The notes below the pieces were generated by a model. That model was not told the origin of the DNA, did not search any database, and worked only from the letters and a program-made list of their open reading frames with translations. Made by a program: the position numbers and the translations under genes. A stretch of DNA of 58,788 bases, the filler included, from Basidiobolus ranarum (Eukaryota), in NCBI GenBank assembly GCA_040143965.1. It is 8 parts of 8 records of this genome, joined end to end, with 100 filler letters (N's around TTAATTAATTAA, not from the genome) between each part and the next. Parts side by side here need not be neighbours in the genome. Positions count along the whole stretch, not along the records: positions 1 to 7,275 come from JASJQH010001148.1; positions 7,376 to 14,648 come from JASJQH010001149.1; 6 more parts are not named here. One strand, written 5' to 3'. The number at the start of each line of letters is the position of its first letter. Position 1 is the stretch's first letter. Shown one piece after another: positions 1-13,183 of this stretch.

Positions 1-1693
1 TCTGTCTCCAGAGACATCTTCACCGGATGCCACGGCTCCGGGTCGAGAAGGAACCGCAAGTAAACTAGAGCCTAAATTCCGACCTATATATTATGAGTTC
101 TCAGTACTCCTAGAAGAATATAAGTTCAGTAGAAAATTCACCTCTTTTGTCCTCGGATGGATTGGCATTCTCATCATTATCTGTGTCTATTTCCTCATCT
201 TCTTGCGATTCAATACTGGCTTCTTCAGAGTATTCATCGGAGCCAGAATCTCCCGTATCACTCTCCGAATCTGGCTGAGCGCCAACATTATATGGAGACT
301 CGAGGTTGCTCTCAGAATTGGAATAAGCCAAATTTTCTATTAAAGCAGGATGATTCTTTCTCCACAAATCAACCAAACAATTAAAAGCGGCCTCTCTGGT
401 TAAAAATGAGGCAAACAGGTACTACAATAGTATTGATGTTAATGAATAATGTGGGTATTTGAGATCTACAGGATACTGAGATAGAATACCTTGTTATGAA
501 GTGTGGATATAAGAATTGCATTAGGTACGAAGAACGCCATGTTTCTTCTCTCGATAGCAACAACCTCTTTGAACTCGACAACGATCTATAGTTCGAGAAA
601 ATGTAAATTATTTAGAAAATTCATATAAAAAAGATCTAAAGCCTACATTAGTCACGAATCCAAAAATATTAGCGTAGAAGCAAACAAAGTCCTCAGTAAT
701 ATACATTCGTCCATGAACAAGTATGTCTTTCTGAATAGCACAAGAATAATCTGTACAGAAATTGGAGGAAGATAAAAATTTAGGATAAGATATTGTCTTG
801 TTAGTGGTTATTAGTATGTCCATACCTTCAATGAGTATTTCATTAAGAGGAACATTCTTAAAAAGATTGTGAAAATCAGCATTTCGCTTTTTTGCAGCGG
901 CGTTCAGGTTTGTTCCTTCAGAACCAAGTGCATCTTCCATATCGGTAGTAGCGTCGCTTCTACTTCTGGGGCGGCTAGATTTACGAAGACTTGCAGATCT
1001 ACTCAAGTTTGAAGTATCATCCGCCTGCTCCGAAGAATTTCCATCTGAATCCGAAGGGGCTCTTCCATCGGAGGCAGTTGAAGAATTATTTACTTGATTA
1101 TTTTGCGAATTACTATTGATTTGCTCCAACTGTTCTAGAGTTAATCCTGGAGGGTTAGTGGTTATCGCCGAAGCAGTGGATAGATCTGTAGCTGCAGTGG
1201 CCATTGCTGGCTGATTTACTTGTGGAAATCGTGGTGTAGAATTTTGCCGACGTTCGTCGTCGATTTTAATAGAGCCTGGACTGGATGAGAGAGACTTGGT
1301 GTCAGAAGCATCAGTTTTTCCTCCTTTCATAGAGGTCAAAGTAGAGGCAGCAGTCGTTGCTGCGTTAATCATTGACGCAAAGAAATCCTTGGTTGTGTTA
1401 CTAGAAGATATAGGAGTTACTGCTGATTGAGGTACAATTTGGTCACTTGAAGTCAAATTTCTTTCAGGTGTTGTGTGTACAGGTGTTGGCTGCGAAGGTG
1501 TAGAGGGCTCTTCCAATTGAGCATCGACCACTTGGGGAGTACGCTGAGAAGAGTCTGGAGTAACAATGACGGATTCTGAAGGCACTATGGAGCTAGGTTG
1601 GATTTGTGGAGAATTGGAAACTGACCTAGTATTGTCTTTGGTATTTGCTTTGCGAGGGGTCTGTGGGGGAACATAAATAAGAGGATCTTCCAT
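1..1693 (-). CDS. GRAM-domain protein, Lam/Ysp2 (membrane contact site sterol transport) type; 5' part only, runs off the contig end
   Basis: ATG at 1693 (MEDPLIY...), then a long S/T/P-rich N-terminus. GT-AG splicing (introns ~751-825, 586-646, 422-489) gives a continuous GRAM domain: KRNADFHNLFKNVPLNEILIEDYSCAIQKDILVHGRMYITEDFVCFYANIFGFVTN-IVVEFKEVVAIERRNMAFFVPNAILISTLHNK-YLFASFLTREAAFNCLVDLW. Confidence 0.85.
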
Positions 1694-4600
1694 ACTATAG
1701 AGTAAAGTGAAGAAATATATAAAGTAGAATGAGGTTGGCCTAAATGTAGGTGGTAAGAACAAACTTAACGGTTGTGTATTTTCTCAAGATAAAAGCTTTT
1801 GACTCTGAAAAATAGGGGGAGGGGTATACAAAGACGTACAAGAGGGTTTCCAGGGAAGCTCAAAAGAGCAAAGTCACATTAATAAGATATTTACTAGTGG
1901 TTTCAATTATGAATTAATTACTCTGAACACTGGGGTAGTGTCAAAATTATGGTAAATTACCGGATGATTTAGATGCTAATTGAAGGAATGATTGTACGAA
2001 TATATATTTATTTGTATACTTATGTCACCATATCATAATGCCATTTAGAAATCGTTAATATTCGCAGCATAACGCAGCGCAACGTCAACGCAGCTAGCCA
2101 TGACTCAGCTTGGGTTGACATGTTCTAAGGTTATAGCTAGATTTCGGAGGAAGTCTATTTTGGCATTCATTTAAATTTCATCAGTCACACATGCTCTAAC
2201 GCTAGGTATAATCCAGCCTTCACCCCACTTCACTCTGGTCAGTATCGATTCAGACAATGCAATCATAGATACATACCTATTCTGTCCAAATTAGAACACT
2301 GGCTACCCAAAATGACTTTTGTCTGAGCTCTAATAGGCCCCATCACAACACACCTCCCTATTTGTGCACTACTGAGACGAATACAAATCAAGGCGGTTAA
2401 ATAATTTCCAACAGATCCATGTTCCACTGTGATCCAATGGCCACATGACCAAACTGTACATCTTGCTTTATTTTGACATGATAGTAAGAAATCGACCCAA
2501 TCATGGCAAGTACAGAGGTATATATAAGCTCAGTAGCTCCGTAGCAGCCTGTAGCGGGTGGAGACGAGCGAACTTTGGTCCAACTGTATGCTGTGGCAGG
2601 CAGCCTATATACCACTCCATGGGAGCGAATTTCGAGCAGCGTCGCACCAATTATCTGGTGAGACATGGCATCTGCAGGCAGCTGCTTAACCAGTATATTG
2701 TATCCATTGTGATCAGTGAATTCCAGTAAGGTAGCCCATGTTGATGATGGCAAATATGCTCCGAAATACAAGGTTACGCATGGCCGAGAGTGTCGGGCAG
2801 CTTTGATGGCAATGATTATGCTTAAAATGATTTAGGTGCAGCCGCTAAATACCAGCATTCTGAATGATGGAAATTACCTCATTAGTCAGTAAGACTAAGA
2901 CTTGACTCTTCAGCTCTCCATCCTGACTGGATGAGGCTAACTTTAGCCAGAATCATCTAGGGTCACGCAGTCTACCAATGACTAAGTGTTCTGAAATCGT
3001 AGGATCGAAATTCTTCTGCCCAATCCCGAAGAGATAAGAATGACATCGTGGATGACATCACCAACAGAATCACATCTGCCGTGTGTAAAATAAGACTGGC
3101 ATCAAAGATCACAATTGATAAATGGAAAGCCCACCTGCTCTGAAGAACCCCGTAGTATCAAGCGGTAGCTAACACGTGAGTAAGGAAGTTTGTGGAGGCG
3201 TGTGTAAATGTTCTGGTCAAGAATGGCTCAGATTTATGCGCGTCCTTTCCCTGAAGAGTATTTAACTGACGTAGACTGATCTTTGGATCTCAGGAAGTCG
3301 AAATGGTAAAGCCGGAGTGCGATAACTGGAGGTAGAGTGAAAACAAGGGTTATTTGCGAAGTGCTGTGGGGTTTTAAAGAGTGTCGAGATGGAATTAACG
3401 CATCGCACTAATGCACAACTCGGCAAATGAATCAATATTGAAGGTGTAAAGGATAGCAAGCGGAAGAATTTCCGTATCTGCTAGGTAGTTTCCGTTTTCT
3501 CAGATTGCCCTCATGAAGTAGCGACAGAGCGAGAAGGAAAACCCTCAATGATGGGATCTCTTCATTTAGAACATACCAGTCATGTGGCGGAGCTTTGCGG
3601 CTGGTTTGGATCAGGAATGAGATGCAGGATTCAAGCCCAAGGGCGAGACACTAAGACATGTTAGTCATTGCAAAGCAGTATTGCTATTTTGGTTTTATCC
3701 ACTCAATGAAACTCAAGTTGAGCCTCTCCGATGTTGTCGTTGTTTAATGTGCTCGATAGAGAAGCATTTGGCATCGTAAAGGTACATTATCATGATTTGG
3801 AGATAACTCTGCTTCAGTTGAGACCAGAGTCCCATTTATGACTGATTATGCTGTGGAGCCGGTAGAGAAGAAAGAATTATCGAGAAGCATGACACCAAGC
3901 AGATCCTGGCGTCATAGTGTACTAATATGGATAATCTCTCAATAAGACCAGCACGAGCATAGCCTCAACAGTAGATTGCCTATAATTGTGCCTAATTTCA
4001 ATTCTATGTGCTCTGACAATTGATTTGATGTATTCAAGCCAGCATTTGTAAACGTGAATTATTCTGATTCCTAATATAACCAAATCCAGTAGGGTTCTTC
4101 TACGATCATTCTTTGGTCATTAGATATTACACCAGTTTTCTGATTGTGGAATAGTATTCTTGCACAGAAAACGCCCAAAAGTTACTAATTGAAGTCTAAT
4201 GGCAGTACATTGTGTTAGATCGATATTTTATCTGACTAGCAGATCATAGAGTCATTGGTACCAGAGGTGGTGAGGGGGAGTTAAGATAATATAGCCAGGT
4301 AGTTAACTAGGCTTACAGTAGCCAGGCGGCTTGCGGGAGTGGGAAACGTATACAAATAATGACTTTCGTTGGATGATGAGTTATTTTACAAATACTCCTG
4401 ATATTTGTGATACGTGTGAAATATGCCTAACAATGACGAGGAATAACTTCGTAAGATATGGTCAATAATCCTGACTGTGAAGCACCATCCCGTTGCGTTA
4501 TCTTCCATTAGAACTAGTTTAAGGCTGCACTTGAAAAGAGGATAAAGGAATGAATCTATTTATGTCCCACTTTAGAGTTTGATGGTGCATATTGTTGTTA

Positions 4601-6876
4601 GATAGACAGGTAGGTCAATTATTAGAGCCACAATGGCTAGACGTTGTCCAATCCATAATTGAGTTATATTTCTAAAATAGCTGATATTTAATACTACAAG
4701 GTGTACACATCTATCTGTCACTCCCATGGCTGACTGCTATCATATACCTACTTTATTATTCCACCTAATGTTGCGAATGTGACTGCATAAATGTATATGT
4801 ATTGGTTCGTATGGGGTAGTGGAGGTCAGCAATATTCAAAATTCAGAGAGTTTGAGGATCTGCTAAAGGTATTGATTGGATGCAGCTCGAAAAGCATGAA
4901 GAAGCGACAAAAGGAGCGTAGTTTACAAAGAGTTCTAGGTCAATCCAATCGTGTACTCACTTACCAGTATCACTAGGCTTGTATAGGCTACATATATTTG
5001 TATTCATTCAGGAGAGTATGCACATTACTGAGCTAACATAAGGACAAAGGTCTATCTTGCATAGCCGTCCAATTGTTGTATAATGTGAAGGTTGTGATGG
5101 TGTTTGGGAGATATGCTACAATTCTGGACAATACATAGAATGGACACATGAATACTGCTCACCTGGTAAGAGGATGCGAAATTGTCTAGCTGAAGAGGAC
5201 AGGGAAAGATATTAGAGACTATGGGCAGTATGAGCATGTACATATGTATGACTAGTTGACCTGGGTCCTAAATTATGTGCCTGGAATGTTCACCTGTATG
5301 TAGAGACTGAGTTGTCCGAAGGCATTTACTATATACCACCTTCTGCATATTACATTCATAGCCAACGCACACAGATCCTCTCAATGATACTAATCTAATT
5401 TGACTTTCCACCAAACGAACATCAATGTGGCTCTTGGGTCTATTATCCTGTTCTCCATTTGAATTTTACCCTCATAGATAGACCATATAAAGAGTAGGGT
5501 AAACTGCAACAGCAATAGACATTTCATTGATTGAATCTAAGAAAGTATATATTTGTTCCAAACTCCCATGTATATTTCCCCTTTCTATACTGAGGCTGAT
5601 CACTCCAGAGAGGATGCTTTATATAGAAACCAGGGAATGAGGTAGGATAGAGCTTATTTGATTTGTCGACCTTAGTGGTACGAAGGTAGTGGATACATCT
5701 CGATTGTTTGGAATGACCAAGTTACATGCTACTTGTACTCTCAGGTCTATTTACCACCAAAATAGTAGGGTAAACGGGAAGCTGCCCACTTTTAGTATCA
5801 TTTGGAGCCGAGACTACTCCTGAATAGTAATACGAACATTAGAAGCTAATACCAACCACTAAGGTGGAGTTGTAATATCCATGAGTAGCTGGCTTAACCT
5901 CAACCACCGATTCTAGATGAAAAGCTATGCAAACCCACTTCACAAAGTATCCTACCAAAGAACTTAATTTCAAAATAAATGAATCCCTTCATCCCCTCAA
6001 TAAAGGCTTTATATAGAAAGTCTTAGCCGTGAGCCGGAGTCCTACACCTACCTATTCTTATGTAACATTTACAATTGGGTGAGATAAAACAAGATTTTAC
6101 TACAGGCACCTATGTACTAGAATATGATATGTAACATCAATTTTATTTGATACACCGTGTTCAGTGTAATGATTACTTGTATAGTGTTGTGTAAGACGTG
6201 GGTACGATATCGGGGCCAAGTTCGGAAAAACCTTCAGGCTCTGGAGTCCACTAAAACATTTTCTAGGGGCTTTGGTGAAGTTGGAAGAGGTCTCTACTGT
6301 GGAATGAAGGCATCATTTCTGTAGGTACTAGTCCGCTCCCATCAAGGTCTGGAATTAGCATAGGTATGTGCTTTTCTACATCCCAAATGAGCCACATAAA
6401 TATACATTTATGAGGTTCTTCATTATAATCGGAAGTAATGAAGATTTAATTTTTTCTTTTGACAATTGGTTTGCAGCACAAGTCCAGGATTGAATGTGAA
6501 TTACATCAGAGTAGATGTAGGTGGCGATAAGCGACATGTATCAATTCAGTCATACCATTGTATTAACTCAAGCCAAAGAGTATACACATTAATTTGGTTA
6601 CAGATTCCTCTTAGATTGAGAGTACATCATCCTATGGGCGTTTAACTTTATTAAAGAGGAGCCATTATTAACATCAGTTTATATAATGGGTTTCCTACTC
6701 ACGCCACTCATCTTATTTCGCGTATTTCTCTCTGCCATGCCATTGCCGCTCTATACTTTGGCAAAAGCGTAGAATGTCTTGATGTTGAAGCGCGAATGAA
6801 CGCCTTAGATTCGGATATTAGCGACCAACGAATACCGGAATGCCATCTTTGGGCGTGTATTTAATATGTATATATA

Positions 6877-7275
6877 CAGTCGGGGTTAGTAATGTTTCGT
6901 CCAAAATTAATTGCAAAAAAAAGCACAATAAACACTCACTTTTCATGTTCAACTTACTCATGAACAACATGGACTAACTTCCTAGATTTTTTTGTATAAC
7001 AAGTTATACATGTTTATTTTTCCTTGGCGTCTATGACTGCCTGGCACCTTCTCCCTATACTTGCCACTAATCCCGAAGCAAACTCAATCGTCATGTTTTC
7101 CCAAACTTTGGTTATAGCTTTCTTCAAGCTTTCAGTATCTTTAATAGTTGCCTTTAGGCTATGCAACTCATGAGACAGCTCACTCCAAACGTGCTCGATT
7201 GGATTCAGATCTGGGCTCTGAGCTGGCCAGTTCTCCAAAATGTCCAAGGAGTTACTGCTCTTCCACCACTTTGCA
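6877..7275 (-). mobile_element. Tc1/mariner transposon 3' end: DDE transposase C-terminus and terminal inverted repeat
   Basis: ORF 7014-7247 has WPAQSPDLNPIEHVW...RRCQAVIDAK, diagnostic of Tc1. The element edge at 6877 reads TA|CAGTCGGGG, matching the TA target plus CAGT terminus of Tc1. Confidence 0.85.
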
Positions 7276-7375
7276 NNNNNNNNNNNNNNNNNNNNNNNNN
7301 NNNNNNNNNNNNNNNNNNNTTAATTAATTAANNNNNNNNNNNNNNNNNNNNNNNNNNNNNNNNNNNNNNNNNNNN
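7276..7375. other. Artificial contig linker (N44-TTAATTAATTAA-N44)
   Basis: 100-nt N run with a six-frame stop linker; identical at 7 places. Confidence 0.97.
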
Positions 7376-9450
7376 CATTCTGCTACTCCATTCTGCTGTA
7401 GGGAATATGGCACTGTAGTCGGCCACTTTACTACATGTGGTGAGAAGAAGTTAGAGAAGAGCTTTGAGGTACATTCCCCTCCATTATCAGTACAGATAAT
7501 CTTAATCTCTATACCTGTTTCAGTCTCCACCATTTCTTTGAGTTACAAGGAGGTATCAAAGGCTTTATATTTATTGGCCAGAAAGTACACTCAAGTATAC
7601 TTTGACTTATCAGCAACAAAGGCCATGCAAAACCTTTTACACCTAAGGATTTTGTCTGCATTGGGCAAACACAGATCTGAGTGTATCAGGCCCAATTTTT
7701 GATCAATTTTGCTCATTCCAGAGCTCACAAAGGGCTGTCTCTATGGCCCACCATATAGGCACCCTTCACATAGCTCATGATCAGGTGGAGTTACAAAATT
7801 TAGTCCCAAAATATCTTATTTTTGATTGAATTTCCCATATTTTCAGCTCCAAGATGCCCAATCTCCTATGCAAGATTTTTGAGTCTATCTCTTCAGCTGT
7901 GGCAGTATTAACCTATTCAAATATTGGCCTAAAGCAATGAAGTCTATACAAATTATTTTGCTTAGCTCCAAATGCTATTCAATTCCCTTTTTGTTCCCTG
8001 ATTGTACACCCATTCTGATCAAAAATAAAGCTGTATCCCTCAGATGCAGCCTTACCCACTGATAACAAATTTTTTGCTATTGCAGTCACATATAGCATGT
8101 TCTTCAGAGTCAAACACATGTTCCCAGAGATGCCTACAAGATCCACTTCAATGTCTGCCACTACTAGAGCTTCTATTGGCTGGTCATCACCTATATAAAC
8201 CATCTTGTTTACGCCAATTTTGAGTGTCTTAAACCAGTTTTTTTGATTAGAGAAATACTGAGAGGCTCCAGAATTAGTGTATCCCATCCTACAGTCTTGT
8301 TCAGAGGTCACTTATAGGGCAGAAGGAATAAAACTCCGTCTTTAGTTTAAACCTGAGTTACTTGTTTAGACCTCTGATTTTTGTTGTATTGTCTTGATTT
8401 GCAATCTTTTAACTAGTGTCCTGGTTGGTTACAACCATAGCATAAGCTGGTAACAGGGTTCAGGGGACTTGGAAGTTTTTTGGACAAGATTTGGATTTGT
8501 AAATGTGATACTGATATTTTATTGAATTGAATATGTCCAAATTATACTTTACTGCAAAATAGGACTATTGGATGTGCTTAGATCATAACAAATATGCCTG
8601 TTAAGCACAGGTGAATATTTGAAGTGATTCAGACAAGTTTTGAGAAAATATTGAAAATTGGTAAAAGTGATTTAATTGACATTTCTATCAATTATAGCAA
8701 TAAACAAATGTTATTAAATGGGAGAATGGAGTGCTAAATAATGAGAATATAAATAAACTAAATACTAAATAATGAGCTGCTATTTAACTAATTTCAACAT
8801 TTCATTGCAACCAATTATTTTGAATTTCTCATGAACCTGACTTATATCTTAATAATTCAAATTGTGTCTTAGCTGAAGGTTTGGCTAAGATGTCAGCAAT
8901 CATTTCATCAGTAGGGCAATAAACAAGTTCAATTATAGCATTCTCTATTGCTTCTCTAAATTCTGTGCCTCAGGAGTGGCAGAGTATTCCAGAACTAGAT
9001 CTACAGTTCTTCTCAAATACCTGAATATTTGTTTTACTGCAGTTTATGCTTAGATTCTAGATTTTTGAGATATTGGGTGACTTTACCCATGGCCACAGCA
9101 ATGTCTGCATGTGTTCCAACCATTATGCAGATTACACTACCCATCATGGATTAATAAGGGAACTCCTGGCTTTGATTTGAGTCATTTTGGGACAAATCAG
9201 ATGACATTTTGATTAATTTCACATTGGGATTTAATGGTGTTGATACAGGCTTGCTAATCTCCTTGTTGAATCACTTTATGATATTTAAAATGTATCAAGA
9301 CTGACTTAGCATAATTTTATGATTGGGTTTATCTCACTTGATTTGGATTCCAAGAAAATAACTTAGTTCACCCATATCAGTCATCTGATATTGGTTTTTT
9401 AAGCTGCTTTTCTTTGGATTGAGTGCTTTTAGATTATTTGCAGCTATGAT

Positions 9451-9827
9451 TATTGGGAAAATATGGGCTGTTTGGAGGAACTTTAGAAAAGTCAAGTTGT
9501 GAATAGCTTTGTTAGATAATCATTTACTGTCCCAAAATAATGCATTTATACATTTTGGTGGAAATACAGAAAACTAACACTGGGGTTGTGTTCAGAACAT
9601 CTGTGGGAGTAAAATAAGCTATCTTTGGGGCAATTTGGACATGTTTGAAATTTCCAATATGGAATTGCTAGTTCTCACATTATTCACATATACATATAAT
9701 ATATGTTTTAATTTGCAGTTAAGAGATATTTGACTAAGTAATGTTGACTAACTTATATGTGATATATGAAATAGTTAGGTGTATAAATATAGAGATAACA
9801 AATGTGTTAAGACCATAAACTTCAACA
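9451..9827 (-). repeat. Solo LTR of copia family B with perfect 5-bp target-site duplication ATGAT
   Basis: ATGAT at 9446-9450 and 9828-9832. The 377-bp insert matches LTRs at 13925-14304, 30063-30438 and 34270-34646, and splits the RT right after the YVD motif. Confidence 0.9.
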
Positions 9828-12800
9828 ATGATCAAGTTATCCACATATAGTGTCAAGATAAGGAACTTATTTTCAGTTGTTTTGATGTAAATACTTTCAT
9901 CTGCTGTACATTTTTGGAATTCTAGTGATTCCAAATAGGTATCTAACTTATTGTGCCATGCCCTGGGTGCTTGCTTGAGTCCATATGGCAATTTTGCTGC
10001 TTATAGATCATATCAGGATGTTTTGGGTCAACAAATCCATTTGGTTGCATCACATAGATCTCCTCTTTTGGATTTCCATTCAGAAAGGCTGTTTTTGCAT
10101 CCATTTGTTGGAAATCAAGGATTTGGACAGCTAGAGTGCCAGGATCTATCTAATTGAGCTAAACTCAGCTACTGGAGCAATGGTTTTATTAAAATCACCT
10201 CTTGGAGTCTGGGAATAACCTTTTGCAACTATTCTTGCTTTGTACGTTTCTATGGTTCTATCAGATAGGTTTTTGACTTTGTACACCCATTTGTAACCTA
10301 TTGGCTTTCTCCCTGATGGTAGAGGACTTAAAACCCATGTTTCATTGTCCCAAAGTGAGGAAAACTCCTCAGACATTGCTGTTTCCTATAACTCTGATAC
10401 TGGACACTCTACAACTTGAACTAGTGTCTATGGCTTGTCACAGAATACTGCATAAGCATATACATCATCATTGGAAGTGTTCCACCGGTGCCCTGGCTTA
10501 TTTCTCCTTCTGAATGTTCTTCAGGCTCCTGAATCATCCTCTGATGTAACTGTGACTGGAATTTTTGTTGAATCAGGCACAGATAGAGCTGAAATTTTGT
10601 CAGACACTTCCTGAATAGTACTGATTGTGTTTTCTGAATCAAGAACTGTGATTTGAGGTGAAAATATGTGTTTTCATACAAAATCACATCTTTGCACTGA
10701 ATTAAATTCTGATTTTTGGTATCAAACAGTCTGTAAGCCTTAGATGCATTACAATAGCCAAGCAATATCCATTTTCAGCTTTTGTGTTTCAAATTAGAGT
10801 ATTATTGAGCTGGAACTTGGCAATATGCTGTGCAACCAAAGGTCCTAAGAAAATCCATATAGGGCTTCAAATAGAGCAGAATTTTGTGGCAATCTTGTTG
10901 GGCATCTGGTTTTGATATGGACAGCAGTGCAGACAGATTTGGCCCAATATTATTAAACCAATTTTTGAAAATGTAACACTGATCTAGCCATCTCCACTAT
11001 GGTTCTAATAGCATCTTCTGCAACTGCATTTTGCTGTGGAGCATATGGTACAGTAGTTTGTTGCTTAATTCCATGTTTAGAACAAAAACAAGAAAAGTCT
11101 GTTGAACAGTATTTTCAACCACTATCACTCCATAGTACCCATATTTTTGTGCTGATTCTTTCTCAATCATTGCTTTGCAGCGCCTCAATGTAGCTAGGCT
11201 TCAGATTTTGATTTGAGAAGGAATACACAAGTATTGCTTATTTTCTCATCAATAAAGCCATAAAGTACCTTTTCCCATCTAGTAAGACATTTTTCATGGG
11301 CCCACATTGGTCAGAATGAATAAGGGCTAAATTCTGAGTGGATTTGAATCCTCCAGAGCTTGAAAATAACTATCTGTGATGTTTTCCATATGTGCAACCA
11401 TCACACCAATCCAATTTGGTGATGTCTTCAGTGTGTAAGCCTTCAACAAGCTGATTGATCGCAGTAGCAAATTTGGTATTATTCAGATGTGTGATAGTGC
11501 ATCCAGCTTTGCTGAACACAAAATTAAGTCCTTGAGTTGTTGCTTGGCTTAGTAAGAGTGGATTCTTGGCTACAATTTGTACATAGAGTACACTGTTGAA
11601 TTTTGCAGATGGTGTAGTTGAATTTCAGTCTAAATCGTGCATATTCATCACCTGAGTATAGTTTCCATGTTTGGATGTGTTTTAAGCTGGAAAACTAACC
11701 TTTCTTGTTTGACATATGCTGAGCAGCTCCTGAATCAATGTACCACATTTCTGAGTCTTCATTAGTGGTTACTGATAGGGTGGACACAAATAAATGATCC
11801 CTATCAGTGGCTACTTGATTTCCTTGTTCCAGTTTTAGCATTTTGGCAAAAATCCTTTTGCTGCAATCTTTGATTAAATGGCCTGATTTCTTGCAATGCT
11901 TGCAGATGAATGTTTTCCTATTTGGGGCACCATTATTGAAGCCTGATGGACATTTTACAGCTCTGAAAATGCCTGTTCTGAACTAATTTGCTAAGAATAA
12001 GTTCTCTTTGATTACTCATTCAAAAGCCTAGCACCAAAGTAGTCCATTATTATTGGCTCCAATCTGGATTCCAGGGCAATTATGAGGTTCCCAAACTTGT
12101 CTGGCAGGCTCCAAAGTAGTGTCATGACTAAGTCATCTTCATTGATAGGTTCTCCAATTGATGGGAGCTGATCTGGCATAGTTCTTATCCAATATATATA
12201 ATTAAGCATAGAATCATCAGATTTCATCTGCATTGAGATAATTTTTCCTGAGATACAGCTTAATGCCCAGACTTTTAGTCTCACATAGTCTCTCAAGTGT
12301 TTCCCAAGCAGTTTGGATGTTTTTTGCTGATTTTAAATGCCTCAATTGAGAGTCTTTGAGATGGTGACAAAGTGTCAGGAGTGCTTTCCTCTGCTTTTTG
12401 TTAAAGGTAAGCATAGCTACTGGTGGTTCCTTTGGCTCTATTTCTTCTCCTGTAACAAATCCCCAAAGGTCCTTCTCTTCTAGTACCATTTGCATCTTGC
12501 ACTTCAAAAGGTGAAAGTCTTCACCATCAAACTTGTCTGTGGATGCAAAAATGTTGGTAATACTACTGTTAGACCTTCCTGTAACAGCTAGCATGGGGCT
12601 CATAATGTGATACAAGTGTCCAGGGGATTTGGAAGTGTTTTGGATAAGATCTGGATTTGTGAATGAGATACTTAAGTTTTATTGATTTGAGTAAGTCCTA
12701 TTTATAGTATACTATGAAATAAAACTATTGGAAATGGCTAGATTATAACAAGCATGCCTGTTAAGGATGGGCAAAGATTTGAAGTGATTTGGAGAAGTTT

Positions 12801-12921
12801 TAAAAAATAGTGAAAATTGGTAAAAGTCTTCTAACTGATATTTCAATCAATTAGAGCAATAAACACATGTTTTTGAGTATCAGAATTGAGTGCTAAATAA
12901 ACAGAATATGAATAAACTAAC

Positions 12922-13183
12922 CATCATAATTGTGATATTGGAGCACTGATCCACTGCAAATGGAACTCTTCTATTATTAGATTATGACATCATGTCTGCT
13001 GTAAGCCCCATGTATTCTTTGATCAGACTGAGGTCTGATCAACACCAGTTATCATTAACAATTCTTACCAAAGTATCTTCCCTGTCCAGTTTTGTCTTGT
13101 CTTGTGGTCTACACCCAAGTTCTCTCCTGCCTTGTAGCCTCTTGGCATTGTTTCTAGTCCTTGTCCAGTTCCTCATTGTGACA
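12922..13183 (+). repeat. Internally deleted solo LTR of gypsy family C inside the 5' LTR of copia A
   Basis: Matches both ends of the LTR at 34974-35511 (ctattattagattatgacatc...; ...cttgtggtctacacccaag...attgtgaca). Confidence 0.75.

Noticed and set aside
7320..7331. Regularly spaced palindromic TTAATTAATTAA (about every 7.35 kb) as a biological repeat or CRISPR-like array
   Set aside because: Always centred in an N run; it is a synthetic six-frame stop linker.
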